From positions 1-39,466 of the forward strand of contig PRDI01000015.1 in NCBI GenBank assembly GCA_003345595.1: a stretch of DNA of 39,466 nucleotides. Reading direction: 5' to 3'. Each line of letters opens with the position of its first letter. Position 1 is the first letter of the stretch. A program made the translations under genes and the position numbers. Below, piece by piece: positions 8,381-18,323 of this stretch. Below the pieces are notes generated by a model. It was not told the origin of the DNA, searched no databases, and saw nothing but the letters and a program-made list of their open reading frames with translations. The stretch is from Candidatus Thorarchaeota archaeon (GTDB lineage Archaea; Asgardarchaeota; Thorarchaeia; Thorarchaeales; Thorarchaeaceae).

Positions 8381-10903
8381 ATGGAGAGCAACGTAGAAGT
8401 TTTCTGGAGTCAGCCCATCGAGGATCTGTATGAGGCACTGGAGTCGAGTCCTCATGGTCTATCCACAGAGCAGGTGGAGGAACGTCTGGCTTCGGCTCAA
8501 GCAACTCGCCTCGGACGCAAGACCGGGCACAGCGCCATTGCCATCTTCTTGCGTCAGTTCAAAAGCCCCATTGTGCTGCTTCTGCTGGGAGCGGCAGTGC
8601 TTGCGTTTTTCACGCAGGATAACATTGACGGTGCTATTATCGTCGTGCTGCTGCTGATTAGTAGCTTCCTCGGATTCTGGCAAGAGCATCGAGCGGCTCA
8701 TACTATCGAGAAACTTCTGTCGATGATCAGTGTCACCATCGAGGTATTGAGAGATGGAGCCGTGAGGTCAGTTCCTTTGGATGACGTGGTCCATGGGGAC
8801 GTTGTCGTTCTTTCTGCTGGGGATTTGGTGCCGGGTGACTGCAGAATCATCGATTCTAAGGATCTCTTTGCAAACGAGGCGTCGCTAACTGGGGAAACGT
8901 ATCCTGCGGAGAAATCGGCAGGAAGAGTAGACGCAGATTCGCGCCTCGCTCTTCGTACGAACTCACTGTTCATGGGCACATACGTAGTCAGTGGTGCTGG
9001 CATGGCCCTTTTGGCGAAGACCGGCAGCAACACAGAGTTCGGTAGGATATCGGACCGACTGAAAGCGCGACCACCAATGGCCGAATTTGAGCGGGGTGTC
9101 AAACGTTTCGGAGCACTTCTCATTCAGTTGATTCTGCTCCTCACCCTTGCGATATTCGCCATCAACGTGTTCCTGAGCCGTCCAGTGCTTGACTCCTTCC
9201 TGTTTTCCTTGGCCCTAGCAGTCGGGATGACACCTGAGCTTCTGCCAGCCATTGTGAGTATCAACCTTGCACACGGTGCACAAGAGATGGCTCGGAGCAA
9301 AGTCATCGTAAAGAGGTTGACAGCGATTGAAGACTTCGGAAGCATGAACATACTGTGCACCGACAAGACGGGCACCTTAACAGAGGGGCGAATGAGAATC
9401 GAGTCCGCAATCGACTTCGATGGCAACGACAGCAAGAAGGTCCTGTTGTTTGCCTATCTGAATTCTTCGTTCGAGAGCGGCTATCGAAACCCGATTGACG
9501 AAGCCATACTGGCGTCCGTCACAATTGATGTGTCACAATACTCGAAAGTTGATGAGATTCCTTTCGATTTTATACGAAAGAGACTGAGCATCCTAGTCAC
9601 AGACGGTCAGTCTCACTACCTTGTAACGAAAGGAGCGGTCACAAATGTCCTCGATGTCTGCACGCGCGCCGAGAGCGCAAGTGGCCAGATAGTGCCAATT
9701 GATCAGGTTGCCGAGACAATTCGGACGAAGTATAGGACGCTGAGCGAGGAGGGTTATCGAACACTTGGCGTCGCCACGGTTGATATGGGAGCCAGTTCAA
9801 TCGCAAGAAAAGAATCTGAGCAGGATATGGTGTTCCTGGGCTTTCTAGTGATAGCTGACCCCCCGAAGGCAGGTATGATGGATACACTTTCGGAACTCCG
9901 CTCACTAGGAATATCGCTCAAGGTCATCACCGGAGATAATGAGCTTGTCGCAGCACACATAGGACGAGAGATTGGGTTTGCTGAAGCGCGGGCAGTGACC
10001 GGGTCCTCTCTCAGACACATGAGTGACGAGGCTCTTGTCAGGCTTGCCATTGATGTGGACATCTTCGCCGAGGTCGAACCCAATCAGAAGGAACGAATAA
10101 TCATGGCTTTGCAGCACGGAGGCAACGTTGTAGGTTACATTGGCGACGGCATCAACGACGCATCTGCACTTCACACTGCTGATGTGGGTATCTCCGTCGA
10201 TTCAGCTGTGGACGTGGCAAAGGAGGCTGCCGACATTGTGCTTCTCGAGAAGAGCCTCGAATCGCTAGTACAAGGTGTTCGGGATGGAAGACGGACATTC
10301 GTTAACACCATGAAGTACATCTTCATCACTGTCAGTGCCAACTTCGGAAACATGTTCAGCATGGCTGCTGCTTCACTGCTACTTCCCTTTCTGCCTCTTC
10401 TGCCAAAGCAAATACTGACACTCAATGTCCTTTCCGACATGCCAGCTGCCACGATTGCATCGGATAATGTAGAGGCTCAATTGGTGGCACAACCCCGAAG
10501 GTGGAATATTCGATTCATAACGCTATTCATGGTCGTATTTGGAATAATCAGCACCGCCTTTGACTTTCTGACTTTCTTCATTCTATTGCTAGTCATTGGG
10601 GCTGGAGAAGTCGAGTTTCAGACGGGGTGGTTCATAGTGTCGATGGTCACCGAGCTGCTCGTGTTGCTTGTTCTCCGGGATCAGGGACGGCTGTTCTCAA
10701 GCAGGCCGAGCACGTACCTTAGTGCTGCTACTGTGATAGTGTTGATTATCACTCTCTTGCTGCCATATTCGCCGCTGGGTGTGTTGTTTGGTCTGATTCC
10801 ACTTGGGCCATTGCCCATGTTTCTTCTATCTCTCGTGGTTGTAGCCTACGTTGTGACCACGGAGCTCGCTAAGAGGCTGTTTTACATGAAGGTGAAACGT
10901 TAG
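8381..10903 (+). CDS. mgtA: Magnesium-translocating P-type ATPase (MgtA-like)
   Basis: TGE, AVGMTPELLP, DKTGTLT, EIPFDF.RKR, TGD, GDGIND and SANFGNMFS. Start taken at ATG 8381. Confidence 0.9.
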   Translation: MESNVEVFWSQPIEDLYEALESSPHGLSTEQVEERLASAQATRLGRKTGHSAIAIFLRQFKSPIVLLLLGAAVLAFFTQDNIDGAIIVVLLLISSFLGFWQEHRAAHTIEKLLSMISVTIEVLRDGAVRSVPLDDVVHGDVVVLSAGDLVPGDCRIIDSKDLFANEASLTGETYPAEKSAGRVDADSRLALRTNSLFMGTYVVSGAGMALLAKTGSNTEFGRISDRLKARPPMAEFERGVKRFGALLIQLILLLTLAIFAINVFLSRPVLDSFLFSLALAVGMTPELLPAIVSINLAHGAQEMARSKVIVKRLTAIEDFGSMNILCTDKTGTLTEGRMRIESAIDFDGNDSKKVLLFAYLNSSFESGYRNPIDEAILASVTIDVSQYSKVDEIPFDFIRKRLSILVTDGQSHYLVTKGAVTNVLDVCTRAESASGQIVPIDQVAETIRTKYRTLSEEGYRTLGVATVDMGASSIARKESEQDMVFLGFLVIADPPKAGMMDTLSELRSLGISLKVITGDNELVAAHIGREIGFAEARAVTGSSLRHMSDEALVRLAIDVDIFAEVEPNQKERIIMALQHGGNVVGYIGDGINDASALHTADVGISVDSAVDVAKEAADIVLLEKSLESLVQGVRDGRRTFVNTMKYIFITVSANFGNMFSMAAASLLLPFLPLLPKQILTLNVLSDMPAATIASDNVEAQLVAQPRRWNIRFITLFMVVFGIISTAFDFLTFFILLLVIGAGEVEFQTGWFIVSMVTELLVLLVLRDQGRLFSSRPSTYLSAATVIVLIITLLLPYSPLGVLFGLIPLGPLPMFLLSLVVVAYVVTTELAKRLFYMKVKR

Positions 10904-10961
10904 GTGTTTCTTGGCCATGATGGCTGAATAGCAGGGTATGGTGAAGGCGATGGTGTCACTC

Positions 10962-12278
10962 TCAGATGATGACGCTCTCGATCTCAACTTTGCGTTGCTT
11001 CATACTGAGGGCATTCGACGGCATCCTCTTCCCGCCAAAGAGCTCAGCTTCGGGCTGTCCTCTATATAGTGCGTCTACGATTCTTGCGACCGCATCAGCC
11101 TTCATGATGCCGCTGCCGCTTGTTCCGTTCACGACCATGAACCCACTCTCTTTGTACGCGAATGGGATTGCGTCAGGACTATAGTTGTAGCCTCCTCCCC
11201 AGCTGTTCGCAGGCCGGGCACCTTGGAAGACAGGGAAGTACTTTGCCAGTACTGGGTAGATACTGTTCTCGTAATACGCCATTTCGGCAGTCGCATAGCT
11301 GTCTGTCTGAACGTAGTCGTAGGCGCGACCAACCTTGTCTGCACAGCCTACCCAGAATCCCTTCTCTTGGAGCTGAGGTCTGAAGTAGACTCCTGCCGAC
11401 GGTAGAATGGTAAATGGAATTGACGCTCTAGAGCTGAAACCCCTTGTGTAGAGGAGATCGAGCAAGGGTTTCTTTTCTGCGGCGTGAATGACAAACAGCT
11501 GACGTTTCTTTGCTTTCGTTTCGCTGTCGAATCCGATTGGATCCAAGAGTCTGTTCGTCCAAGCATCAGTAGCAAGGACAACAGTTTCTGCCCTGAGCTC
11601 CTTGGTGGCAGTCCTCACGCCGTTGACGCGCTTGTTCTGCCAGATCAGAGGCTCACCCGGCAAGTCTAGCCTGGGATCCGCCTCGAGCAGCAGGCTCTTC
11701 ACCTCGACCCCGAATCTCGGTTTCACCTTGCTGAGCTTTGTGAACTCTTGCAGATAGAAATCCACAAGTTTCGTTGGGTCAAGAACGCCGCAGTCCGGAC
11801 CGAAGAGCCCATAGCTGACCTCTTGGAGGTTCATCAGCTGGGCTTCCTCATCTCCTGTGAAATCAACATTGAGAGATGGGATGATCTTCTTGAGCTGGTG
11901 CTTATCGTATGCCGTGTACTTGATGCCAGAAGCAGTCATCCTCTGCATCCACATCTTCACAGAAGGATCGGTGAACTGCTTATCACTCAGGAGCCACAGG
12001 TAGCCGCACTTCTCAAAGGTCAGATCGAAGTGCAGGTCCTCCTGAATGTGCTCTATGAACTTGATTGACGAGTCTGTGAGCAGCTGGTTCGTCGACGATG
12101 CAAACATGTTTCTCACAGCAGCCGCACTCATAGCAGTGTTTCCCTGTCCGGCGGCCGGAAGTCGATCGACCAGCAGTATGGTCTTGTTCGGACTGTTCTT
12201 TTGCAGATAGTACGCCGTTGCCAGGCCAACAACGCCAGCTCCGACAACGATTATGTCGTAGTTCTCTGTGCTGCTCAT
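10962..12278 (-). CDS. FAD-dependent oxidoreductase (DAO / sarcosine oxidase beta / proline dehydrogenase-like)
   Basis: GAGVVG Rossmann motif, GNTAMSAA, and C-terminal NG.SGSGIMKADAVAR. Confidence 0.88.
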   Translation of the reverse strand: MSSTENYDIIVVGAGVVGLATAYYLQKNSPNKTILLVDRLPAAGQGNTAMSAAAVRNMFASSTNQLLTDSSIKFIEHIQEDLHFDLTFEKCGYLWLLSDKQFTDPSVKMWMQRMTASGIKYTAYDKHQLKKIIPSLNVDFTGDEEAQLMNLQEVSYGLFGPDCGVLDPTKLVDFYLQEFTKLSKVKPRFGVEVKSLLLEADPRLDLPGEPLIWQNKRVNGVRTATKELRAETVVLATDAWTNRLLDPIGFDSETKAKKRQLFVIHAAEKKPLLDLLYTRGFSSRASIPFTILPSAGVYFRPQLQEKGFWVGCADKVGRAYDYVQTDSYATAEMAYYENSIYPVLAKYFPVFQGARPANSWGGGYNYSPDAIPFAYKESGFMVVNGTSGSGIMKADAVARIVDALYRGQPEAELFGGKRMPSNALSMKQRKVEIESVII

Positions 12279-12434
12279 CCTAGGAGCCCCCGATGAAGTG
12301 AATCCACGCGAGATTCTGTCCTATTATAACGGTTTTCTTTGTTACTTAACTGATAGAATGGAACTGGCCCGATGTTATGCACGGAAGAATCATATCTCTG
12401 TGCTTCCATCGCACTCCACAGGAGAACTCAACAT

Positions 12435-13424
12435 ATGCCCGGTTTGGTTGTGAGAATGGAAAACGGCGACCTGAAGTGGTTCCCATTTTTCAAGCACGGT
12501 GACAAGTACACCTTCTTTCCCTCGAACGACCAAGAAGAGAAGGAGAGCGGACGGAAGGTTGGTGATGGTTTCAACTTCAGCAAGTACCTGACTGGATACT
12601 GGAAAGCCGGCAACATACCGAGTCATCGAAGGCGGATTGGCGGCGGCAGCTCCCTGATCTGTGTTGAGAAAGGTGGTGACCTAAAGCACTACCCATTCAT
12701 TGGAGCGACCTTCATGATCAAGGACGCAGGTGAGAAGGTGGGCTCGGGCTTCAGCCCTCAGTATGACTACTACGTCGCGGAGTGGACCAACCGAGGTATG
12801 TCTGATATGGTTGTCCGTGATGATAAGGGCGACCTGCGTTTGTTCCCATGGAATGGCACCAAGTTCACTGACTTGGGTAGGTCTGAGAGGGTAGGTGAGG
12901 GTTTCACAAAGGACAGAATCCCATATCTCTATCCCGGGTACTGGAATGGTGGATCTTACCCAGACCTACTGGCGCGAGAGAAAGATGGCGACTTTCAAGT
13001 CTATGCTTTCAATGGCAAGACGTTCAAGGAGATCAAACCGCGAAAAGTGGGAATAGGTTTCGGGAAGGAATTCACACACATACTCGTAGACGAGTGGATG
13101 GGCGACGGTAACCCAGATATTATTGCGCGTCATAAGAATGGCAAGCTCATTAGGTACCCATTTGGGAGGTTCGACCCAAAGGAAACTCTACCAGTGTTTG
13201 CTGGTCCTCCCTACGCTACCGTCGGAGACGGATTCAATGAGAAGTGGGTGTACATCGTTGGGCACTGGCGGACGCCTGGCAAGCCTGATCTTGTAGTCTG
13301 TGATGACGACCATAATCTGAGGTTCTATCCGTTTGACGGACAGACCTTTGTCGATCTGCACAAAGAGGACAAGCTCGTCGGCAAGGGCTTCAAGTGCACA
13401 CACTTCTGGGATTTCTATACTTGA
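12435..13424 (+). CDS. Six-repeat beta-propeller protein (FG-GAP/tachylectin-like repeats), no signal peptide
   Basis: Six repeats of about 50 aa: [P]DL[VL].R...GDL..[YF]PF.G..F.....[KR]VG.GF......W..G. GGAG lies upstream of ATG 12435. Confidence 0.8.
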   Translation: MPGLVVRMENGDLKWFPFFKHGDKYTFFPSNDQEEKESGRKVGDGFNFSKYLTGYWKAGNIPSHRRRIGGGSSLICVEKGGDLKHYPFIGATFMIKDAGEKVGSGFSPQYDYYVAEWTNRGMSDMVVRDDKGDLRLFPWNGTKFTDLGRSERVGEGFTKDRIPYLYPGYWNGGSYPDLLAREKDGDFQVYAFNGKTFKEIKPRKVGIGFGKEFTHILVDEWMGDGNPDIIARHKNGKLIRYPFGRFDPKETLPVFAGPPYATVGDGFNEKWVYIVGHWRTPGKPDLVVCDDDHNLRFYPFDGQTFVDLHKEDKLVGKGFKCTHFWDFYT

Positions 13425-13607
13425 TATACAGTCGTCGCGTGATGAGTGCGCCTTGGAGTGAGTGATGAGCATAGTAAGGTTGGCGGAAGCTTCAAATCAA
13501 GTGAACCTGATATACGTGGTAGGGGTTCGTGCCCAACCACCTGTATGTATGCTGGCTCGGGCGAAATCTGGAGGCGAATTCGTGGAAACACTGGAAGGAT
13601 GGTCACT

Positions 13608-13739
13608 ATGAAAAAGAGAAAGACCGGAAAGGAGCAAGTTGCTGAGTCGTATCAGCCTGGAAATGTCGGTTCAATGTCTGGGCCAATACCTTCGATAAAG
13701 AAGAAGAGGAGAAGGCCTGTGGAATCTGGAGAAGACTGA
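13608..13739 (+). CDS. Small basic protein (43 aa)
   Basis: MKKRKTGKEQ...IKKKRRRPVESGED. Purine-rich, coding-like sequence filling an otherwise empty gap. Confidence 0.45.
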   Translation: MKKRKTGKEQVAESYQPGNVGSMSGPIPSIKKKRRRPVESGED

Positions 13740-13885
13740 GAGGGTACAAAACGTACGCGTAGAATGTGCGTTAATTGTGACTCATCCGATGTCAGTTCGG
13801 CAGGAATCAGTAGTTGAACGGACTCGGGTTGGCGCGGGCGTGTGTGTCCGAAGCACAGCCCGGGCATCGAGGGCGACGGCGTAAT

Positions 13886-15484
13886 ATGACCAAGACGGGA
13901 GGAAAAGAGGGCAGATTGCCCTTGGTGATTGCAGTGCTGGCGCTTTTGATGGCCTTTCTTGTTTCCATCTATGCCCCCACCGCACCTGTAATTGCGGACA
14001 GCATAACTAGCAGAGCAGGGTCGCCCGTACACAGCAGTCAGTCACAAGAAGAGGACGGGAACAGGATTGCGATTGTCAGGCCGAGTTTCTCTGCAACGGC
14101 TTACCAAGATGCGTTCTATACCTTCTACTCAAAGTACAGAAACGTGCCTTCGGGCGAGTACGTCACGACTAGCCTTGGGCTCTTGAACAGAACTCTGGTT
14201 ACAGAATGGAAATGGAGTGAGCAGCTTCGCACATGGTTCAATACCGAGGCCGCGTCCTCGCTCCATTTGGTGCTCGATGAGACCGTGACAGTCGTAGATG
14301 AGACTGACGTAGATAGCGGTGAGCTCTTTGAAAACGGAACGAGAAGATATGATGTTCTGATACTCGGATTCACGGAGTATGTCACGCAGAGGGAATACCT
14401 CTACTACAAGCTATTCGTGGAGTCTGGCGGTATCATGATAATCATGGACGCGTGCAACTTTCTGGCTGAGGTGTCGTACTCGAATGGCTATGTGAGTCTG
14501 GTCAAGGGGCACGGCTGGGAATTCAACGGGACCCACGCGTGGAAATCGGTGTATCATAGATGGCCTGAGGAGAACACCAATTGGGTCGGAGGTAACTACT
14601 GGAAGTATTGGTACGGAAGACATTACGACTACTTCAGCGCGAACACGTCGAACCTAGTAAGCACCTATCTCAGGACCGCACTTGGAGAGAACATAACCAC
14701 AAGCTATGGTGGCCACGAAGAGAATCTGCTACAGAATCTGACCCAATCAGAAGTGATAGGCTACTGGCATTTCTTGGATTCGAGCGAGTACCCCGGCGAG
14801 CCCATAGCCGCCTACATGCATCGCTACGGAAAAGGGACTGTCATTCATTCGGGAATAATGGCAAGTGATGCGATCATGTCCGATAGGTTCCTCGGAGTGC
14901 TCCTTGCAGCCGGTATCAGATTCGGTCTTAACGGTAACATTGAAGAATGGGCCTATCCCGAAGCTCTGGTTCCGTCTGATGATGCAATTGAATGCCAGAC
15001 CACGCTGTACGATCGAGACGGAAATGTAGCAGCGGGGGCACTTACAAGCGTAGCATATTGTGACGTCAGTTTCAGTGCAATCACGGACGTCCTTCGAGGT
15101 TGTCATCATTCGAACCTCTCTTCGGTAGCGGGGAAACTCACTGAACGACCAGATGGGGAGGGACGTCTATTCCAGAGTCGCATTATGCAGGGTCGTGCAG
15201 TCAGTGACAACTGTTGGAGGATTGACATTGATACCCTTGACCTACCCAATGGTAACTACGGTCTAGCTATCAATGCTACATGGAAGGGAATCAGGAGTCC
15301 GGTCATGTTCAACGAATCCATTGATGTCTTGCCTTTTTCCATTGCCAATGATGAGATACCGTCAGTCTACCCATGGATCGGGACTGTGACTGTAGGGACA
15401 AGCATCGCAGTCGCTGCCGTAGCTTACGTATGGTTCACCAGAAACAAGGCCCGGATAGTGACGACCAATGTGCGTCCAGCTTGA
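13886..15484 (+). CDS. Membrane-anchored extracellular protein with an N,N-dimethylformamidase-beta/GATase1-like domain
   Basis: N-terminal signal/TM; IAIVRP.FS.TAY and YDVLILG..EYVT..EY.....FV.SGG motifs; C-terminal TM followed by a basic tail; nine N-glycosylation sequons. Confidence 0.7.
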   Translation: MTKTGGKEGRLPLVIAVLALLMAFLVSIYAPTAPVIADSITSRAGSPVHSSQSQEEDGNRIAIVRPSFSATAYQDAFYTFYSKYRNVPSGEYVTTSLGLLNRTLVTEWKWSEQLRTWFNTEAASSLHLVLDETVTVVDETDVDSGELFENGTRRYDVLILGFTEYVTQREYLYYKLFVESGGIMIIMDACNFLAEVSYSNGYVSLVKGHGWEFNGTHAWKSVYHRWPEENTNWVGGNYWKYWYGRHYDYFSANTSNLVSTYLRTALGENITTSYGGHEENLLQNLTQSEVIGYWHFLDSSEYPGEPIAAYMHRYGKGTVIHSGIMASDAIMSDRFLGVLLAAGIRFGLNGNIEEWAYPEALVPSDDAIECQTTLYDRDGNVAAGALTSVAYCDVSFSAITDVLRGCHHSNLSSVAGKLTERPDGEGRLFQSRIMQGRAVSDNCWRIDIDTLDLPNGNYGLAINATWKGIRSPVMFNESIDVLPFSIANDEIPSVYPWIGTVTVGTSIAVAAVAYVWFTRNKARIVTTNVRPA

Positions 15485-15797
15485 CTTGTTCCGCTGAGTT
15501 GCTTTCACGGGAGAATAGGTCTATCCAAACGGTGCAACTGTATCATGATTGCGCGCAACGTTCGTACTTCCTCCCATGATTTCTGCAGAAGGTAAGTGTT
15601 TATTTGCTTCCGATGCAACAGGAAATGCCAAGGCGATGTTGCCTTAACATGAATCGATTGCTTCATTTCGTGAGAATCAAGGAACCCAGATGCTTGCCGC
15701 ACGAGCCAGCTCTCTTTTTCTTGGATTGCGGCTTGATGCCAACCTTGACATGCAACGACTTGGCACTTCGTACTCTTCCCTACCGGGAGGTGACACA

Positions 15798-15950
15798 GTG
15801 AGCAGGCAAAATCAGTCCAGTCTGTTGAGAACTGGAAATGGGAGTGGCACCAAACGCACCGTCTACGCTGAGAAGCGTTCGAGGAATTCCGGTGCCAAGA
15901 AGATCCCAGTAATCGATGACCCCCTGGGTCTCGGTTGGTCAGGTTGCTAG
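15798..15950 (+). CDS. Small protein (50 aa) MSRQNQSS...DDPLGLGWSGC
   Basis: Perfect RBS GGAGGTGA at 15786-15793, 4 nt before GTG. Tandem TAG TAG stops, then hairpins and a pyrimidine tract. Confidence 0.55.
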   Translation: MSRQNQSSLLRTGNGSGTKRTVYAEKRSRNSGAKKIPVIDDPLGLGWSGC

Positions 15951-15986
15951 TAGCCTGACGGGGTCGACATATTCCCAGTGTGTTGT

Positions 15987-16040
15987 GACCCAGTGCGGAC
16001 AGCCCCACTGGGTCCGACTGCATTTTTCCTTTCCTTTTTC
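15987..16040 (+). terminator. Hairpin plus pyrimidine tract, probable terminator
   Basis: GACCCAGTG (15987-15995) pairs with CACTGGGTC (16006-16014), followed by TTTTTCCTTTCCTTTTTC. Confidence 0.55.
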
Positions 16041-16239
16041 AGGTGACCCGACTTGTAACTCTGTGAAACGCGCTTTCGCGTCCTTTTCGATTTGCATACT
16101 TGAATCCTTGTGCGAAACCCGCACTCGCGTCTGCTACGAGAGCACATTAAGGCGGGTTCACGCCTCAAGGCCCTTGGTCCAATGACACCAAAAGGTCCAA
16201 AACCGCATAGAGTCGTGCAGCAATCTAGGTCGACAACTG

Positions 16240-17037
16240 TTGCCGCAAGATCAGCCAGATGCCCATGAGGAGTTGCATGAGTTCATTTCAAAGAGTGAAA
16301 CCAAGACCTATGCAGTCGGCGTGATGCTAGCCGCGGTTTACGGAGTTCTCATACTAGTACCCATGAGTGCGTTTGTAGGCGCACTCGGAATAGCAACGGG
16401 TGGTATTCCTGTGGCCATTTGTGTTGTGCCCCTGTTTGGCATCATGCTGGGACCAACAAAGGGTCTGGTATTTGGACTCGTGGCCGGCATTATTGCGGCC
16501 TTTCTGGCATTGGTCGTGACGCCGATCAGTCTTGCTGTTCCTACCATGCTATTAGGGCCAGCGGTATCAGGGCTTTTCACAGGGCTATCGATGAGAAGGG
16601 CAACAAGGTTCGGCTCGATTAGAGTCCCGGGCCCCATTGTCACAGCACTCTATCTCTTCATAATAATCATGCTCTATGAGGTTCCGAATAGTGCTGCCTG
16701 GTGGTTCATGACTCCCTACATGTTGGCTCTGGTCACTGCCATTCTTCTACAGATCAAGAGCGTCGAGTACAATCGAGATCTTGGAGGTCTCAATAAGTAC
16801 ATCCAAGTCATACCATTTGTTCTCATAGGAACCATGACGGACTTCTCGATGCTTACCATGGGGGCCGTATACATTCTGGGGATTCCAGCGGATGTCTTCG
16901 GCTTCGTGGTCTTCCCGCTAATGCTTGCCGAGCGGACCGTCGCAGTCGTCGCAGGTTCGTTCCTCGCCGTTCTAGTTCTGGCCGCGTTTCGCGACCTCTG
17001 GTACTGGGCGACACCAGAGTCAACAAGTGAAAGTTGA
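16240..17037 (+). CDS. Integral membrane protein, possibly an ECF transporter S-component-like protein
   Basis: About 7 TM helices; AAVY and PLFGIMLGP..G motifs resemble S-components. Confidence 0.65.
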   Translation: MPQDQPDAHEELHEFISKSETKTYAVGVMLAAVYGVLILVPMSAFVGALGIATGGIPVAICVVPLFGIMLGPTKGLVFGLVAGIIAAFLALVVTPISLAVPTMLLGPAVSGLFTGLSMRRATRFGSIRVPGPIVTALYLFIIIMLYEVPNSAAWWFMTPYMLALVTAILLQIKSVEYNRDLGGLNKYIQVIPFVLIGTMTDFSMLTMGAVYILGIPADVFGFVVFPLMLAERTVAVVAGSFLAVLVLAAFRDLWYWATPESTSES

Positions 17038-17103
17038 GAGCATGAAGGAGCGCTTTGAGCTGAGACGGCATGTTTAAAGTGCCGGAGCATGTGGTGTCTT
17101 CTT

Positions 17104-18315
17104 GTGGCTCGCGTCGTCGTACTGGGCGGTTGTGGTGCTGTCGGAAGCGTGGCAGTTAGGACGCTAGCTTCGCTTGGAGACTTCTCCGAGGTCGTAGTGG
17201 CCGACATAGATGCCAAGAAGAGCTCACATCTCGTCGACGATATTGGTTCGAGATGTCTGTCTTCCTTGACAGTTGACGTTCTGGACAAGAGAAATCTTAC
17301 AAAAACGATTGAAGGATCCGACGTCGTCTTGAACTGCGTTGGTCCATTCTACAAGTCTGGGCCTCTGATCCTAGAGGCTGTCATCAGAGCCGGAGTGAAC
17401 TATGTTGACATCTGTGACGATATTGATGCAACTGAATTGCAGCTCAAAATGGATGGCGCTGCGAAGCGTGCGGGAGTGTCTGCATGCATAGGTATGGGTA
17501 GCTCGCCCGGTGTCACAAACCTCTTGGCAAAGTTCGCTGCTGATAGTCTTCTCGAAACTGTCGAGTCCATTGACTTGTACCATGCTCACGGAGGCGAGCC
17601 TGTCGAGGGCGCTGGTGTCATAGGACACAGAATCCACTGCATGCAACTTGACGTACCTGTGTACATCAATGGCGTTCTCAAGAAAGTGAAGTTCTTTGGC
17701 CGGGCAGGCGCGGCGCTTCAGGAGGAAGTCGACTTTCAATTAGTAGGGAGCCATCGTGTGTATCCATACCCGCATCCCGAAACGCTGACATTGCCCAACT
17801 ACATCAAATGCCGGCGGGTGACGAACAAGGGAACTGTTCTGCCAGATGCGTACTTTCAGCTCACCCTAGGTATTGTACAACAGGCTCTGAAGAGTGGCAG
17901 ACTCAATCTGAAAGAAGAGAGGTCTTCTGTGTTGGAGTCGATGATATCCGATATCATTCAGCAGCGTGAGCGCATACTCAGGGAAACCAGCTTCGGAGAG
18001 CAGAGAGGATGTGTCAAGATTGTTGTGGCTGGCCAAGAAGGTGGCGAACCTCACAAGTACGTTTTCTCTCTGGCATCTCGAGGGCAAGCTATGGGCGAAG
18101 GTACAGGAATCCCTGCTGCCTTTGGTGCCGCGCTGATGCAGCGCGGCAAGGTCAAGTCAAAAGGTGTCTTTCCTCCAGAGGGCTGTATACTGCCTCTTGA
18201 CTTCCTGGAGATTATGCAGGAGTACCTGAAATTGGACAAGGTGGGAGGCACAGGGTCTCCGCTTACGATTGATTCCGTTGACGCAAAAGGGAACGTAGAG
18301 AAGCTTACGCTCTAG
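17104..18315 (+). CDS. Saccharopine dehydrogenase-like NAD(P)-binding oxidoreductase
   Basis: VVVLGGCGAVG, NCVGPFY, YVDICDD, GMGSSPGVTN, HPETLTLP and GVFPPE. Start GTG 17104. Confidence 0.88.
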   Translation: MARVVVLGGCGAVGSVAVRTLASLGDFSEVVVADIDAKKSSHLVDDIGSRCLSSLTVDVLDKRNLTKTIEGSDVVLNCVGPFYKSGPLILEAVIRAGVNYVDICDDIDATELQLKMDGAAKRAGVSACIGMGSSPGVTNLLAKFAADSLLETVESIDLYHAHGGEPVEGAGVIGHRIHCMQLDVPVYINGVLKKVKFFGRAGAALQEEVDFQLVGSHRVYPYPHPETLTLPNYIKCRRVTNKGTVLPDAYFQLTLGIVQQALKSGRLNLKEERSSVLESMISDIIQQRERILRETSFGEQRGCVKIVVAGQEGGEPHKYVFSLASRGQAMGEGTGIPAAFGAALMQRGKVKSKGVFPPEGCILPLDFLEIMQEYLKLDKVGGTGSPLTIDSVDAKGNVEKLTL

Positions 18316-18323
18316 GAACCGGG

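Noticed and set aside
15948-15953. Pyrrolysine read-through at the hairpin-embedded TAG
   Set aside because: A second in-frame TAG follows immediately and no pyl genes are in the window.
15505-16023. 172-aa minus-strand ORF
   Set aside because: Unnatural composition and no recognisable motif; the + strand has the RBS, ORF and terminator signals.
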